From Phycisphaerales bacterium (lineage in GTDB: Bacteria > Planctomycetota > Phycisphaerae > Phycisphaerales > UBA1924): 64,000 nucleotides of DNA. The first letter of the stretch is position 1. Every line of letters starts with the position of its first letter. A model generated the notes under the pieces. That model was not told the DNA's origin. It searched no databases and saw only the letters and a list, made by a program, of their open reading frames with translations. Location of the stretch: the NCBI GenBank assembly GCA_017640485.1, contig JAEPQP010000002.1, positions 2,036 to 66,035 on the forward strand, read 5' to 3'. Both the position numbers and the translations under genes were made by a program. Shown one piece after another: positions 55,091 to 64,000 of this stretch.

Positions 55091-55762
55091 TCATCCTTCC
55101 CAGCGGGTTTTGAGATCGTGGGGGATCTTCAGTAGGTCGAGGGCTTTGCCTACGGTGAAATCGACGAGGTCGTCGATTGATTGGGGGAGCAGGTACAGGC
55201 CGGGGTTGCAGGGTGCGATGGTGGCGCCTGCGAGGGTGAGTGTGCGCATGTTCTCGATGTCGATAAGATTCAGCGGGGACTCGCGATGGCAGATGATCAG
55301 GGGGTGGCGTTCTTTGAGGGTGACGGCGGCGGCGCGGCTCAGGAGGTTGGATCCTGATCCGGTTGCGATCGCGCCGAGGGAAGTCGATGAGCAGGGGAGG
55401 ACGACCATGCCGTTGTGGAGGAATGAGCCTGAGGCGATGGAGGCGCCGACATCTTTGTTGGGGTGCATGATGAGGCGGGAGTCGTAGAAGTCGCTGTGTT
55501 GATCAGCGGCGAGGTGGGGGGCGAGGGTCTGGAGGTTGAACTTGGTGATGTTCATTTCATCGGCGAGCAGGCGCTTGCCGTAGGTGGAGATGACGAGGTG
55601 GACCTCGTGTCCTTTGGTGAGGAGTTGGTCGAGGAGTCGGGTGGCGTAGACGGCTCCGGAGGCGCCGGTGATCGCGAGGATGTAGCGGTTTTGGGAGGGT
55701 TCTGGGGGAGATGCGGGCGGGGTGGTCTGCCTTGATGTCATGTAGGGTTTGGTGTTGGGCAT
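55091..55762 (-). CDS. ubiX: flavin prenyltransferase UbiX
   Basis: ILAITGASGAVYATRLL, VVLPCSSTSLGAIATG and PLIICHRESPL match the UbiX/Pad1 flavoprotein pattern. Confidence 0.85.
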   Translation of the reverse strand: MPNTKPYMTSRQTTPPASPPEPSQNRYILAITGASGAVYATRLLDQLLTKGHEVHLVISTYGKRLLADEMNITKFNLQTLAPHLAADQHSDFYDSRLIMHPNKDVGASIASGSFLHNGMVVLPCSSTSLGAIATGSGSNLLSRAAAVTLKERHPLIICHRESPLNLIDIENMRTLTLAGATIAPCNPGLYLLPQSIDDLVDFTVGKALDLLKIPHDLKTRWEG

Positions 55763-55894
55763 GCAAGGATCCTATGTGCATGGGAGGAGCGTGGGTTTCG
55801 TGTTGGGTCGGCACTATCATCAGTCGGGCACCACGATGGATATTCGGGTGCGACAGCGATGCAGACGCGTGAGAGCACGCGGCGGGAGATCGAA

Positions 55895-56581
55895 ATGGCA
55901 GGTTTGAAGCGGACGGTTCTTGGAGTGGTGATCGGGTCGGGGATTCTCGGGCTTGCGGCCGGGGGGTGCGTGAGTTATACGAATGTGCCTGTCCCGAGCA
56001 GCGCTCCGGCGTTTAAGCACGCGAACTCCGGCGCGTCGATCAAGTCGATCTCGGCGGCGATCGAGCGGGTGGTGCTCCGTCATCCGATGAAAGATGCGCA
56101 GGGGCGCTACGCGGTCAACCTCCCAGCGGGGACGACCCCTGAGACTGCGGAGAAGATCCTGGATCGGTTGTCGGACGGCGCGGTGATTCCTTGGGAGGGG
56201 ATGGACGAGTCGGTTCCGGTGTATCACATCTCGCGGATCTGGTTGCGCGGCGCGACGGGGAAGGTTGATGTGGTGTACCCGATCGATGCGGACACGGATG
56301 GCGGGGTGACAGCGTGGGTGCAGGGGGGTGATCGTTCGTGGTATGTCGAGCGTCTGCAGTACTGGGCGCCGGGGACCATCCCGACACCTCCGGTGTATGT
56401 CCCGATCGGGGATACGGAACGACGGGGTGAGATGATGACCGATGATGAGTACGAAGCGCCGGTTGACATGGACGAGCTCGAGTCGGCTCCGGAATCTCCG
56501 GCGGTCGATGAGTCGGTGCGTGAGCGGGCGGCGGAGCCTGAGCCTGATGATCAGGTGTTGTACCGCGAGATTGATGACTGA
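55895..56581 (+). CDS. putative lipoprotein with acidic C-terminal tail
   Basis: MAGLKRTVLGVVIGSGILGLAAGGC has a lipobox L-A-A-G-G-C. The C-terminus is D/E-rich. No family match. Confidence 0.55.
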   Translation: MAGLKRTVLGVVIGSGILGLAAGGCVSYTNVPVPSSAPAFKHANSGASIKSISAAIERVVLRHPMKDAQGRYAVNLPAGTTPETAEKILDRLSDGAVIPWEGMDESVPVYHISRIWLRGATGKVDVVYPIDADTDGGVTAWVQGGDRSWYVERLQYWAPGTIPTPPVYVPIGDTERRGEMMTDDEYEAPVDMDELESAPESPAVDESVRERAAEPEPDDQVLYREIDD

Positions 56582-56595
56582 TTGGAGCTGGGTCG

Positions 56596-57504
56596 ATGTG
56601 GACTGGTCGGAGCTTGCTGACGATGGATGGGGTCGATTCGGGCGCGGCGCGGTCGCTGCTGGATGCGGCGCATCGTGAATCGTGGCGCGGCGACGAGTTG
56701 GCGGGGAAGGTGGTTGCGAATCTGTTCTTCGAGGATTCCACGCGGACGCGGGTGAGTTTCTCGATGGCGGCGCAGACGCTCGGCGCGAAGGTGGTGGATC
56801 TGACGAGCAAGGGATCAAGCGTTGCGAAGGGGGAGACGCTATTGGATACGGCGTGGACGATCGAGGCGATGGGCGTTGATGCGATCGTGGTGCGGTCGGG
56901 AGATTCGGGGGTGGCGGAACTGATCGATGAACACACACAGTGCGCGGTGCTCAACGCGGGTGATGGGACGCATCAGCATCCGACGCAGGCGCTCACGGAT
57001 GCGTTGACGATCGGGCGGTCGCTGGGACTGAGCGATGGGTGGGACTTCGGTGGGCTGCGTGTTGCGATCGTTGGGGATGTGGTTTCCTCGCGCGTGGCGC
57101 GGAGCAATGTTGGTTTGCTGACGGGGCTGGGTGCGGAGGTGGTGCTTGTTGGTCCGCCGGGGATGGCGCCGAGCTCGCTTGAGTCGATGGGTTGCAGGGT
57201 GACGAGCGACTTTGATTCGGTGCTTGGAGAGTGCGACGCGGTGATGATGCTGCGGATTCAGTTTGAGCGCGGCGGGGGCGCGACGCTCGCATCAACGCGG
57301 GAGTACCACGCGCGGTTCGGGATGAACGAGGGGCGGCTTGAGCGGATGAAGGATCGCGCGATTGTGATGCATCCGGGTCCGATGAACCGGGGTGTGGAGA
57401 TCAGTGCGTCGGTTGCTGATGGGGAGCGGTCGGTCGTGCTCGAACAGGTGCGTGGCGGGGTGCTCGTCCGTCAGGCGGCGATGGCGCACGCGATCGGTCA
57501 CTGA
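56596..57504 (+). CDS. pyrB: aspartate carbamoyltransferase catalytic subunit
   Basis: FFEDSTRTRVSF (carbamoyl-phosphate site), HQHPTQAL and HPGPMNRGVEI. Confidence 0.9.
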   Translation: MWTGRSLLTMDGVDSGAARSLLDAAHRESWRGDELAGKVVANLFFEDSTRTRVSFSMAAQTLGAKVVDLTSKGSSVAKGETLLDTAWTIEAMGVDAIVVRSGDSGVAELIDEHTQCAVLNAGDGTHQHPTQALTDALTIGRSLGLSDGWDFGGLRVAIVGDVVSSRVARSNVGLLTGLGAEVVLVGPPGMAPSSLESMGCRVTSDFDSVLGECDAVMMLRIQFERGGGATLASTREYHARFGMNEGRLERMKDRAIVMHPGPMNRGVEISASVADGERSVVLEQVRGGVLVRQAAMAHAIGH

Positions 57505-57523
57505 GGTATTGGGCGTCTTTTGA

Positions 57524-57838
57524 TTAGGAGTGAGCCGGGACCGGTTTGTTGTCGGGCTGGTTTGTTGGTGGGGTCTGTGTTTGTTGGTTGGGTTGGTTGG
57601 GGATCCACCAGCGGGTGTGCGGGAACCGGTTGTGGAGCGCGTCGAGGAGGCCTCGGGGTGTTGCTCCGATGTGTGCGGGCTGACCACAGATGTGGGAGAT
57701 GGTTCCGGTGCGGAGGACGGGGTCAATTTTCCCCTGTGCGTAGAGGCCTTGGGTGGTTGGGGGTTCGGTGATCTGCGAACAGGTGTGGAGGATTCCCGCG
57801 GCGTCGATCCACCAGATGATGAGGTTTTGAGTGACCAT
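57524..57838 (-). CDS. hypothetical small protein (104 aa)
   Basis: ATG 57838 within ORF 57524..58048. The upstream part of that ORF is antisense to the tRNA. C-ending codons fit a minus-strand gene on this side. No family match. Confidence 0.3.
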   Translation of the reverse strand: MVTQNLIIWWIDAAGILHTCSQITEPPTTQGLYAQGKIDPVLRTGTISHICGQPAHIGATPRGLLDALHNRFPHTRWWIPNQPNQQTQTPPTNQPDNKPVPAHS

Positions 57839-57990
57839 ATCCGGACCTTTCAGAGGTGGGATCGGCGGATTGAGGGGGCGACTGAAGGCGGAATGGAGAA
57901 TTGAGTGTGGGGGGCGGGAGGGATTGCTTGACCTTGTGGGGTTGATTCCTAGGATGAATGCCCGGTGTGATGAGGTTATTGCGCTGTCTA

Positions 57991-58063
<73 letters not shown>

Positions 58064-58073
58064 CTTACAGAAA

Positions 58074-58105
58074 ACGCCGCTGGTTTGATGCCAGTGGCGT
58101 TTTTT
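58074..58105 (+). terminator. rho-independent terminator after tRNA-Ala
   Basis: ACGCCGCTGG-tttgatg-CCAGTGGCGT is a 10-bp stem with one G-U pair, followed by TTTTTT. Confidence 0.75.
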
Positions 58106-58135
58106 GGTGTCTAATGGAGATGACTGAATTTGGGT

Positions 58136-58167
58136 TTGACCCGCTGTGACCCGTTTGTTGACCCGCT
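58136..58167. repeat. three phased direct repeats of TGACCCG (TTGACCCGCT / GTGACCCGTT / TTGACCCGCT)
   Basis: TGACCCG starts at 58137, 58147 and 58159. The outer 10-mers are identical and lie 22 bp apart. Confidence 0.5.
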
Positions 58168-58275
58168 AGGTCGGCGGGGCAGTCATCATCGGATTGGGTT
58201 TGGGAATCAATCTTGAGTCGTGTATCATCTAACTAGGGAGTGGACAGTGAGATCCATTTCTCAGTAGGGACAATT

Positions 58276-61200
58276 ATGACTGAAGAGAATGATTCATCGG
58301 GCCATCCAAAGCTAAAGATTGAAGCAGTAACCAAAACGACATTTGCGGCGGCTCAGAATGCAGTCCCTATTCTGCGACAGATAGTTGTATCCAACGAATG
58401 TGACCAGCCATTTAGCAAGCTTCGATTGACAATGCAGCCTCAGCCTGCGTTCTGTAAAGCCAAAGAGTGGGCTATTGATCGTTTACCGGCGTTGGATGAG
58501 ATCCAGATCAGTGATCTTCAGGTTACGCTCGATTTCAGTGTGCTTGATCGACTCAATGAGGCCGAGCATGGGCAGTTGGCGTTTCGATTGTTTGACGGAG
58601 AAGAGCTGCTCGATGACCAAATAGTTCCAATTGAGTTGCTCGCTCGGGATGAATGGGGCGGCTCGACAGAGATGTCTCAAATCTTGGCAGCATTTGTTTC
58701 GCCGAATCATCCTCAAACATCTCAGATACTCAAAGAAGCATCAAGAATTCTTGAGAAGAGTGGTCACAATGGAGCATTGGATGGATACCAGTCCCGTGAT
58801 CCTCGCAGGGCTTATATGCTTGCAGCAGCTATTTGGTCTGCAATCAGTGGGATGGGACTCTCGTATGCGCAGCCTCCCCGGTCATTCGAGAAACAAGGGC
58901 AGAAGATCCGTGATCCGGGCAGCATTGCTGAGACAGGATTGGCGACATGTCTTGACACAACACTGCTGCTCTCAGCAGCATTTGAAGCTGTAAAGCTCAA
59001 CCCAGTTGTGATTTTTACGAATGGTCATGCATTCGTAGGCGTTTGGCTTGTTGATAAAACATTCCCAATGACGGTTGAGACCGATGTCACGGAAGTCCGC
59101 AAGGCTGTGGCCTCCAAGGAGTTCATGGTTTTAGAGTCTACATTGCTTACTCATCGTCCTGTCGTTGGCTTTGAGCAGGCAAGGGAGAATGGGAAGAGCC
59201 AACTAGCCGAGGACCGTGAACATGAGTTTCATATGGCTGTTGATATTGCACGGGCTCGTGCAGCGGGTATCCGTCCGATTTCGAATCTGCAATCTGGCAT
59301 AGTTTCGTCATCAGACGTAGACGACACGGTAGCACCGGCGTCATTGCCGAAGTTTCCGGGATTCGACATGATTCCGGCTGAGTATGTTGAAGAGTTGACA
59401 GCTTCGCCTTCTGACCGGTTAGAGAGATGGCAGAAAAAGCTCCTCGACTTGTCGCTGCGTAATCGCTTGCTCAATTTTTCTGATACTCGCCAGACTCTTG
59501 GATTCGTTTGTGCTGATGTTCCATCCCTTGAAGATGCGCTTGCGGATGGGAAGAAGTTTCGGGTGATTTCTCTGAAAGATGAGAATCCGATTGGAAATCG
59601 TGACCCAAAATTGTACAAGCAACAGACCGGGCGTGATATACAGCATGATTTTTCGGCAACTGCGTTCACGAAGGGACAAGTTTGTGCAGTTGAATCTGGT
59701 AAGGAGATGCAGTCTCGGTTGACTACGCTCTATCGGAAAGCCAAGAGCGATTTGGCAGAGGGCGGAACAAATACACTGTTTATGGCTGTTGGTTTTTTGA
59801 GGTGGAAGAAGGACATCAAGGATGCCAGGTCTTACAAAGCTCCATTGCTGCTGTTGCCTATCAAGCTCACGAGGCGATCGGCGAAATCCAGTTACTACAT
59901 TTCACATCATGAAGATGATGTCGTATTCAATCAAACACTTCTTGAGTATCTTGAACAAGAGTTTGGATTATCGATTCCCGCTCTGAGAGGGGATCTTCCT
60001 GAAGACCATTCAGGTCTTGATATTAAACTGATTTTCGAGATCATGAAACAGGCCGTTCGTGAAGTGCCAGGCTTTGAGGTCGTTGAAGACATTGCCGTTT
60101 CGACGTTCTCGTTCTCGAAGTATCTGATGTGGAAAGATTTGGTTGATCGAACGGATAGTCTGAAAAACAATCGACTGGTCAGGCATTTACTTGATAATCC
60201 AACCGAGCGTTTCGCCGATGATGGCGGGGACTTTCCACAGCCTGAGAGCATCGATCAACGAATTAGTCCGGCAAATATCTTTACTCCCCTGCCTGCTGAT
60301 AGCTCGCAACTCGCTGCGGTCGTTGCTGCGGAATCAGGGAAGGATTTTGTTATCATCGGGCCGCCGGGTACGGGGAAAAGTCAGACGATTGCCAACATGA
60401 TTGCGCACTGTTTGGCTCATGGGAAGACTGTACTCTTTGTTGCGGAGAAATCTGCGGCGCTTGATGTCGTGTACAGGCGTCTCAAGGCATATGGGCTTGC
60501 GGATGCGTGTCTGGAGCTTCATTCAAATAAGACCGATCGGAAGTCAGTGATTGCGCAGTTGGGTGCGGCTTGGGACCGTTCGTCTCGGGATACTGAAGAC
60601 GAGTGGATCCGGTTGACTGAAACACTGAAAGTACAACGGGACGAGCTCAACCTCTATGTAAACGAACTCCACCAGCCGGGAAGCCACGGATACAGCGTGT
60701 ATGAGGGGATCGGTTTCCTGGTCGGAAACAAACCCAAGTTTGAGCTTTCGTTTGCTGGGGTTGAATCGCACGACCAGGAGAGCTTTCAGTCACTAGTAGA
60801 AGTGACAGAGCGGCTGGCACTGACTCACTCTGCGGTTGCAGATTGCCAATCGTTAAGCGGGATCGAGAAAACAGAATGGTCATTTGAATGGCAGCGGGAG
60901 CTTCTCAAGTCTTCCGAGCAGTTTCACAATGAAACGCTTGGATTGGTATCTGCGTGCAATCGGCTTGAGGAACATTTGGGACTTGTGGAGAAAGTGGACT
61001 ACTCAAATTCTGAACTCTCGGCTTATCTCAACCTTGCAAAAGCTATCGGGTCCGTGGCGGCAGGTGACTACCGGTTTGTGTTGAGTAGTGATGTGGAGTC
61101 TATCTCTGATTCAATTGATGAGCTTGAACAACATGTTCTTTCTTATTCAGAGAACAGCGGTTTGTTAGAGGCCAGCTTCGAGGATCAGGAGATTCTCCGT

Positions 61201-64000
61201 ATACCCATCGATGAGATTGACCGAGATTGGAGAAAGGAGTCTGCTAAGCTCTGGCCGTTCTCTGCGCTCGGGAAGCGAAAGATTCAGAAACTGCTCCAGA
61301 GCTATGCATCCAGCGGTGTCACAAATCCAGAAGCCGATGTATCGAGACTAATCAAGATTAAGAGTGCCTTGGAATCTGTGGCGACAAGCCCAAGCAGTTC
61401 TCTACCTTGCTTTGATGGTGTGCGTTCTGATTTGGCACAGGTTCGGTTGTGTGTTGAAAATGCGGTAAGCTTGAAGAAAGCTGTTGCGGAACTTACTCGG
61501 ATTGGTGCTGATAAAGCAAAGCTGGAAGAATCTTTGGGAGATGTGTTGACCTTGGATAGTAAGTCATCTCCTGTCGGAGAGGCGGCCCAAGGGCTGCGAG
61601 AAGCAAGACGCCGATTTGATCAGGCAGGCAAGATATACCTAGGGATGACAGGTGGTAAGCTCTCGGGTTCTTCGATGCGAGGTCTTGTCGACGAGTTGTC
61701 CGAAGTGCAGCGGCAATCCAACAGACTCAACGATTGGGTAAAGTGGACAAGTATCCGGAAAGAAGCCTCGGCTCGGGGGCTCAATCCGGTTGTCGAAGCA
61801 TTGACAGCTGGTTTGATAGATGATCCAAAGACCGATTTCATGGTTGCCTACTTTGATTGGTGGTTGCCGTTGTCGATTGACTTGAAGCCAAAGCTTCGTA
61901 GTTTTGCTCATTGGGAACAAGAAAACCATATTGAAAAGTTCAGGGAGTTGATTGAATCAGTCCAAAGTCTTGCTACACTTCAGGTTCGGCGTGCGGTGTC
62001 TCATGGGCTACCGTCACGTGATGATGTTCCTCGTAAATCAGAGCTAGGCTTGCTTCGGCATCAACTAGGACTCCAGCGACCCAGCCAATCTATTCGTGGG
62101 CTTATTGAAGGTATGCCAGAGTCGTTTACCAAGCTGACGCCATGTGTGTTGATGTCGCCACTCTCTGTCGCACAATATCTACCTGCGGAGCAGGCGTCAT
62201 TTGATATGGTGATTTTTGATGAAGCGTCTCAGATAACAACATGGGATGCGGTTGGTGCAATTGCTCGTGGTAGGCAATCGATTATTGTCGGTGATCCGAA
62301 GCAGCTACCGCCTACAAACTTCTTTGGGCGGACAAATGACGAAGAAGATGAAGAACTCGCCTTGCATGAGCGCGATCTCGCAAGTATTTTGGATGAAGCG
62401 TCAGCCGCAGGTTTACCGCTACATCAACTCAACTGGCACTATCGAAGCCGAGACGAGGGGCTGATTGCGTTCTCAAATCACCACTACTACGGCCATAGGC
62501 TTGTGACTTTCCCATCCCCCAAGACCGAATCTGATGCGGTTCAGTTCCACAGAGTAGATGGTGTATATGCCCGCGGATCTGGTAGGACGAATGAAATAGA
62601 AGCAAAGGCGATTGTTGAATACATGATTGCTCGGCTCAATGATTGGGTACAACTACCAGAGGAACATCGGCTCTCAATCGGTGTTATTACCTTTAATGCT
62701 CCTCAGCAAGAACTGATTCTTGATCTTTTAGATCTTGAGCGCTCAAATCATCCCGAGTTGGAGTGGTTCTTCTCTGAAGAGAGAGAAGAGCCTGTGATTG
62801 TGAAGAATCTTGAGAATATACAAGGCGATGAACGAGACGTGATGCTGTTCTCGATTACATTTGGGCGTGATAGTGCCGGCAAGTTACCGATGGATTTCGG
62901 AGCAGTTAATCGACTGGGCGGCGAAAAACGACTCAATGTTGCCGTTACACGAGCCAAGTCAGAGTTCCATGTTTTTTCATCCATATCCGCAGAAGACATC
63001 GATACCAGGCGGGCAAAAGGGCTTGGGGTGCAGCATCTCAAAAACTATCTTGATTTCGCTGAACGAGGTGCGATTGCATTACCAGCAATGGATGAAGGGT
63101 CTCTTGGGCCGGCAGAGAATCCGTTTGAGGAATCAGTAGCAGAAGCGCTTCGTTCTAGAGGATGGGAAGTGCGTACACAGATTGGAGTTTCTGGTTATAG
63201 GATAGATCTAGGCGTAGTACACCCAGATCATGCGGGGGCGTTCCTTGCAGGCGTCGAGTGTGATGGCGCTACTTACCATAGTTCTGCCACTGCAAGAGAT
63301 CGTGACCAAATCCGTGAAGGCGTGCTTCGACATTTAGGGTGGGAAATACTTCGTGTTTGGTCTACAGATTGGTTTATGCACTCAAAGTCCGCATTGGATC
63401 GAATCGATGAACTGTTGCATCAACTTCTGGAATCCAGCCGGGAAATTGAAAAGGAGGCGGAAGATGATGGGCAGCACGAGGCTGACAATGAAGAAGTGCC
63501 TGAGGCTAGTGAAAAACTAGACCTTGAAGAAGAGACGCTGTATGCAAGTCGGGTAACTGTTGATGAGACGCATGATTCGAGCGTGAATCAGGATCAAGAA
63601 CTCCCGGAAGATCTGTGTGTCAATGTAGAACAGTTCTTTGAGTGGAGCTATACAGAGACACTCAAGTCGATAATTAATCATGTTGTGGCAAATCAAGGGC
63701 CAATTTCGGAAAGAATGCTGTGTAGGTCTGTGGCTCGGATTCATGGGTGGCAGCGTGCGGGCAGGCGTATCCAAGAGCGTGTGAAAGCTTGTCTTGGAGA
63801 GAATGAGTGTCATGAAGAGAATGGCAACGTCTTCATTTGGGAATCAGGGACTTTTGCAGGGGTGATTCCGTTCAGGCCGCACTTAGAAAGATCTACTCGT
63901 GATATTTCTCAATCGGAGATTCTAGGGCTTATTCAAGAGCAGCCGCATGTTCAAATGGCAGATGATCCAGCAAAAGAAGTTGCCAATCTGATGGGATTAG
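58276..64000 (+). CDS. giant DUF4011-like / SF1 (Upf1-DNA2-like) helicase / Vsr-DUF559-like endonuclease / DUF3320-like protein, 3'-partial (>1908 aa); Hhe-like candidate defence gene
   Basis: Manual translation from ATG 58276; the frame is open to the window end and is not in the ORF track. Motifs: GLATCLD (Cys codon 58948-58950) and NGHAFVGVW (His codon 59026-59028); RLERWQKKLLDLSLRNRLLNF and GGTNTLFMAVGFLRW (DUF4011-like, about 59410-60140); Walker A GPPGTGKSQT 60358-60381; VIFDEASQ (DEAS 62218-62229); VGDPKQLPP; NWHYRSR; LNVAVTRAK 62932-62958; GYRIDLGV...ECDGATYH...GWEILRVWSTDW (about 63125-63375); tail from about 63600. Confidence 0.85.
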   Translation, partial: MTEENDSSGHPKLKIEAVTKTTFAAAQNAVPILRQIVVSNECDQPFSKLRLTMQPQPAFCKAKEWAIDRLPALDEIQISDLQVTLDFSVLDRLNEAEHGQLAFRLFDGEELLDDQIVPIELLARDEWGGSTEMSQILAAFVSPNHPQTSQILKEASRILEKSGHNGALDGYQSRDPRRAYMLAAAIWSAISGMGLSYAQPPRSFEKQGQKIRDPGSIAETGLATCLDTTLLLSAAFEAVKLNPVVIFTNGHAFVGVWLVDKTFPMTVETDVTEVRKAVASKEFMVLESTLLTHRPVVGFEQARENGKSQLAEDREHEFHMAVDIARARAAGIRPISNLQSGIVSSSDVDDTVAPASLPKFPGFDMIPAEYVEELTASPSDRLERWQKKLLDLSLRNRLLNFSDTRQTLGFVCADVPSLEDALADGKKFRVISLKDENPIGNRDPKLYKQQTGRDIQHDFSATAFTKGQVCAVESGKEMQSRLTTLYRKAKSDLAEGGTNTLFMAVGFLRWKKDIKDARSYKAPLLLLPIKLTRRSAKSSYYISHHEDDVVFNQTLLEYLEQEFGLSIPALRGDLPEDHSGLDIKLIFEIMKQAVREVPGFEVVEDIAVSTFSFSKYLMWKDLVDRTDSLKNNRLVRHLLDNPTERFADDGGDFPQPESIDQRISPANIFTPLPADSSQLAAVVAAESGKDFVIIGPPGTGKSQTIANMIAHCLAHGKTVLFVAEKSAALDVVYRRLKAYGLADACLELHSNKTDRKSVIAQLGAAWDRSSRDTEDEWIRLTETLKVQRDELNLYVNELHQPGSHGYSVYEGIGFLVGNKPKFELSFAGVESHDQESFQSLVEVTERLALTHSAVADCQSLSGIEKTEWSFEWQRELLKSSEQFHNETLGLVSACNRLEEHLGLVEKVDYSNSELSAYLNLAKAIGSVAAGDYRFVLSSDVESISDSIDELEQHVLSYSENSGLLEASFEDQEILRIPIDEIDRDWRKESAKLWPFSALGKRKIQKLLQSYASSGVTNPEADVSRLIKIKSALESVATSPSSSLPCFDGVRSDLAQVRLCVENAVSLKKAVAELTRIGADKAKLEESLGDVLTLDSKSSPVGEAAQGLREARRRFDQAGKIYLGMTGGKLSGSSMRGLVDELSEVQRQSNRLNDWVKWTSIRKEASARGLNPVVEALTAGLIDDPKTDFMVAYFDWWLPLSIDLKPKLRSFAHWEQENHIEKFRELIESVQSLATLQVRRAVSHGLPSRDDVPRKSELGLLRHQLGLQRPSQSIRGLIEGMPESFTKLTPCVLMSPLSVAQYLPAEQASFDMVIFDEASQITTWDAVGAIARGRQSIIVGDPKQLPPTNFFGRTNDEEDEELALHERDLASILDEASAAGLPLHQLNWHYRSRDEGLIAFSNHHYYGHRLVTFPSPKTESDAVQFHRVDGVYARGSGRTNEIEAKAIVEYMIARLNDWVQLPEEHRLSIGVITFNAPQQELILDLLDLERSNHPELEWFFSEEREEPVIVKNLENIQGDERDVMLFSITFGRDSAGKLPMDFGAVNRLGGEKRLNVAVTRAKSEFHVFSSISAEDIDTRRAKGLGVQHLKNYLDFAERGAIALPAMDEGSLGPAENPFEESVAEALRSRGWEVRTQIGVSGYRIDLGVVHPDHAGAFLAGVECDGATYHSSATARDRDQIREGVLRHLGWEILRVWSTDWFMHSKSALDRIDELLHQLLESSREIEKEAEDDGQHEADNEEVPEASEKLDLEEETLYASRVTVDETHDSSVNQDQELPEDLCVNVEQFFEWSYTETLKSIINHVVANQGPISERMLCRSVARIHGWQRAGRRIQERVKACLGENECHEENGNVFIWESGTFAGVIPFRPHLERSTRDISQSEILGLIQEQPHVQMADDPAKEVANLMGL

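Larger units (their letters stand above)
58064..64000. other. lower-GC genomic island inserted next to tRNA-Ala (right end beyond window)
   Basis: Hand-counted lines are 31/60 (58321-58380) and 27/60 (59941-60000) G+C, versus 43/60 in a native line (16441-16500). The G-versus-C strand bias seen from 27 to 58 kb disappears. The boundary coincides with the tRNA 3' end. No integrase is visible in the part seen. Confidence 0.55.

Noticed and set aside
58276-58700. Apparent frameshift or stop (TAG) about 115 codons into the giant island ORF
   Set aside because: This was an indexing error on my side. After re-reading the numbered lines, the ATG is at 58276 and the frame is continuous (…GAC CAA ATA GTT CCA…). 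All plus-strand ORFs of 60 aa or more that the track lists in the island lie in one other frame, consistent with a single open frame running off the window.

Overview
High-GC bacterial chromosomal segment (hand-counted 60-nt lines in native genes are about 52-72% G+C). The sorting signals point to Planctomycetota, probably a Phycisphaerae-like organism (inference): PEP-CTERM tails, a DUF1559-type prepilin N-terminus, a GC-type dockerin tail and Tat signals. I call about 57 CDS and one tRNA. Housekeeping genes include gmk, gmhB plus a GT9 heptosyltransferase, fbaB, leuS, purB, nadA, miaA, ppdK, trpC, trpS, dnaE, ubiX, pyrB, pabB/pabC-like genes and an lpxL-like gene. Among them sit many lineage-specific secreted or membrane proteins. 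Partial ORFs that run off the window edges are missing from the supplied ORF track and were translated by hand (1..279 minus; 58276..64000 plus). Main observations: (1) The top strand switches sharply from C-rich to G-rich at about 27.1 kb. This shows as C-ending versus G-ending codons depending on gene strand and side. A perfect 16-bp parS palindrome lies about 300 bp to the left, so this is an origin-type skew switch without dnaA/dnaN nearby. (2) tRNA-Ala(GGC) at 57991..58063 is followed by a lower-GC island of at least 5.9 kb. The island holds one giant ORF of more than 1908 aa: transglutaminase-like N-terminus, DUF4011-like region, SF1 helicase, Vsr/DUF559-like nuclease and DUF3320-like tail. 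This is an Hhe-like candidate defence gene. (3) There are three families of tandemly duplicated PEP-CTERM surface proteins (2+2+4 genes). One family carries motifs resembling Cys-Gln thioester domains. (4) Smaller oddities: a roughly 106-aa lysine-rich in-frame extension on PPDK, a low-GC mosaic patch inside purB, and a recurrent CxxC...CPEC zinc-ribbon membrane protein family. All coordinates come from manual indexing plus ORF-track arithmetic. No database searches were run.
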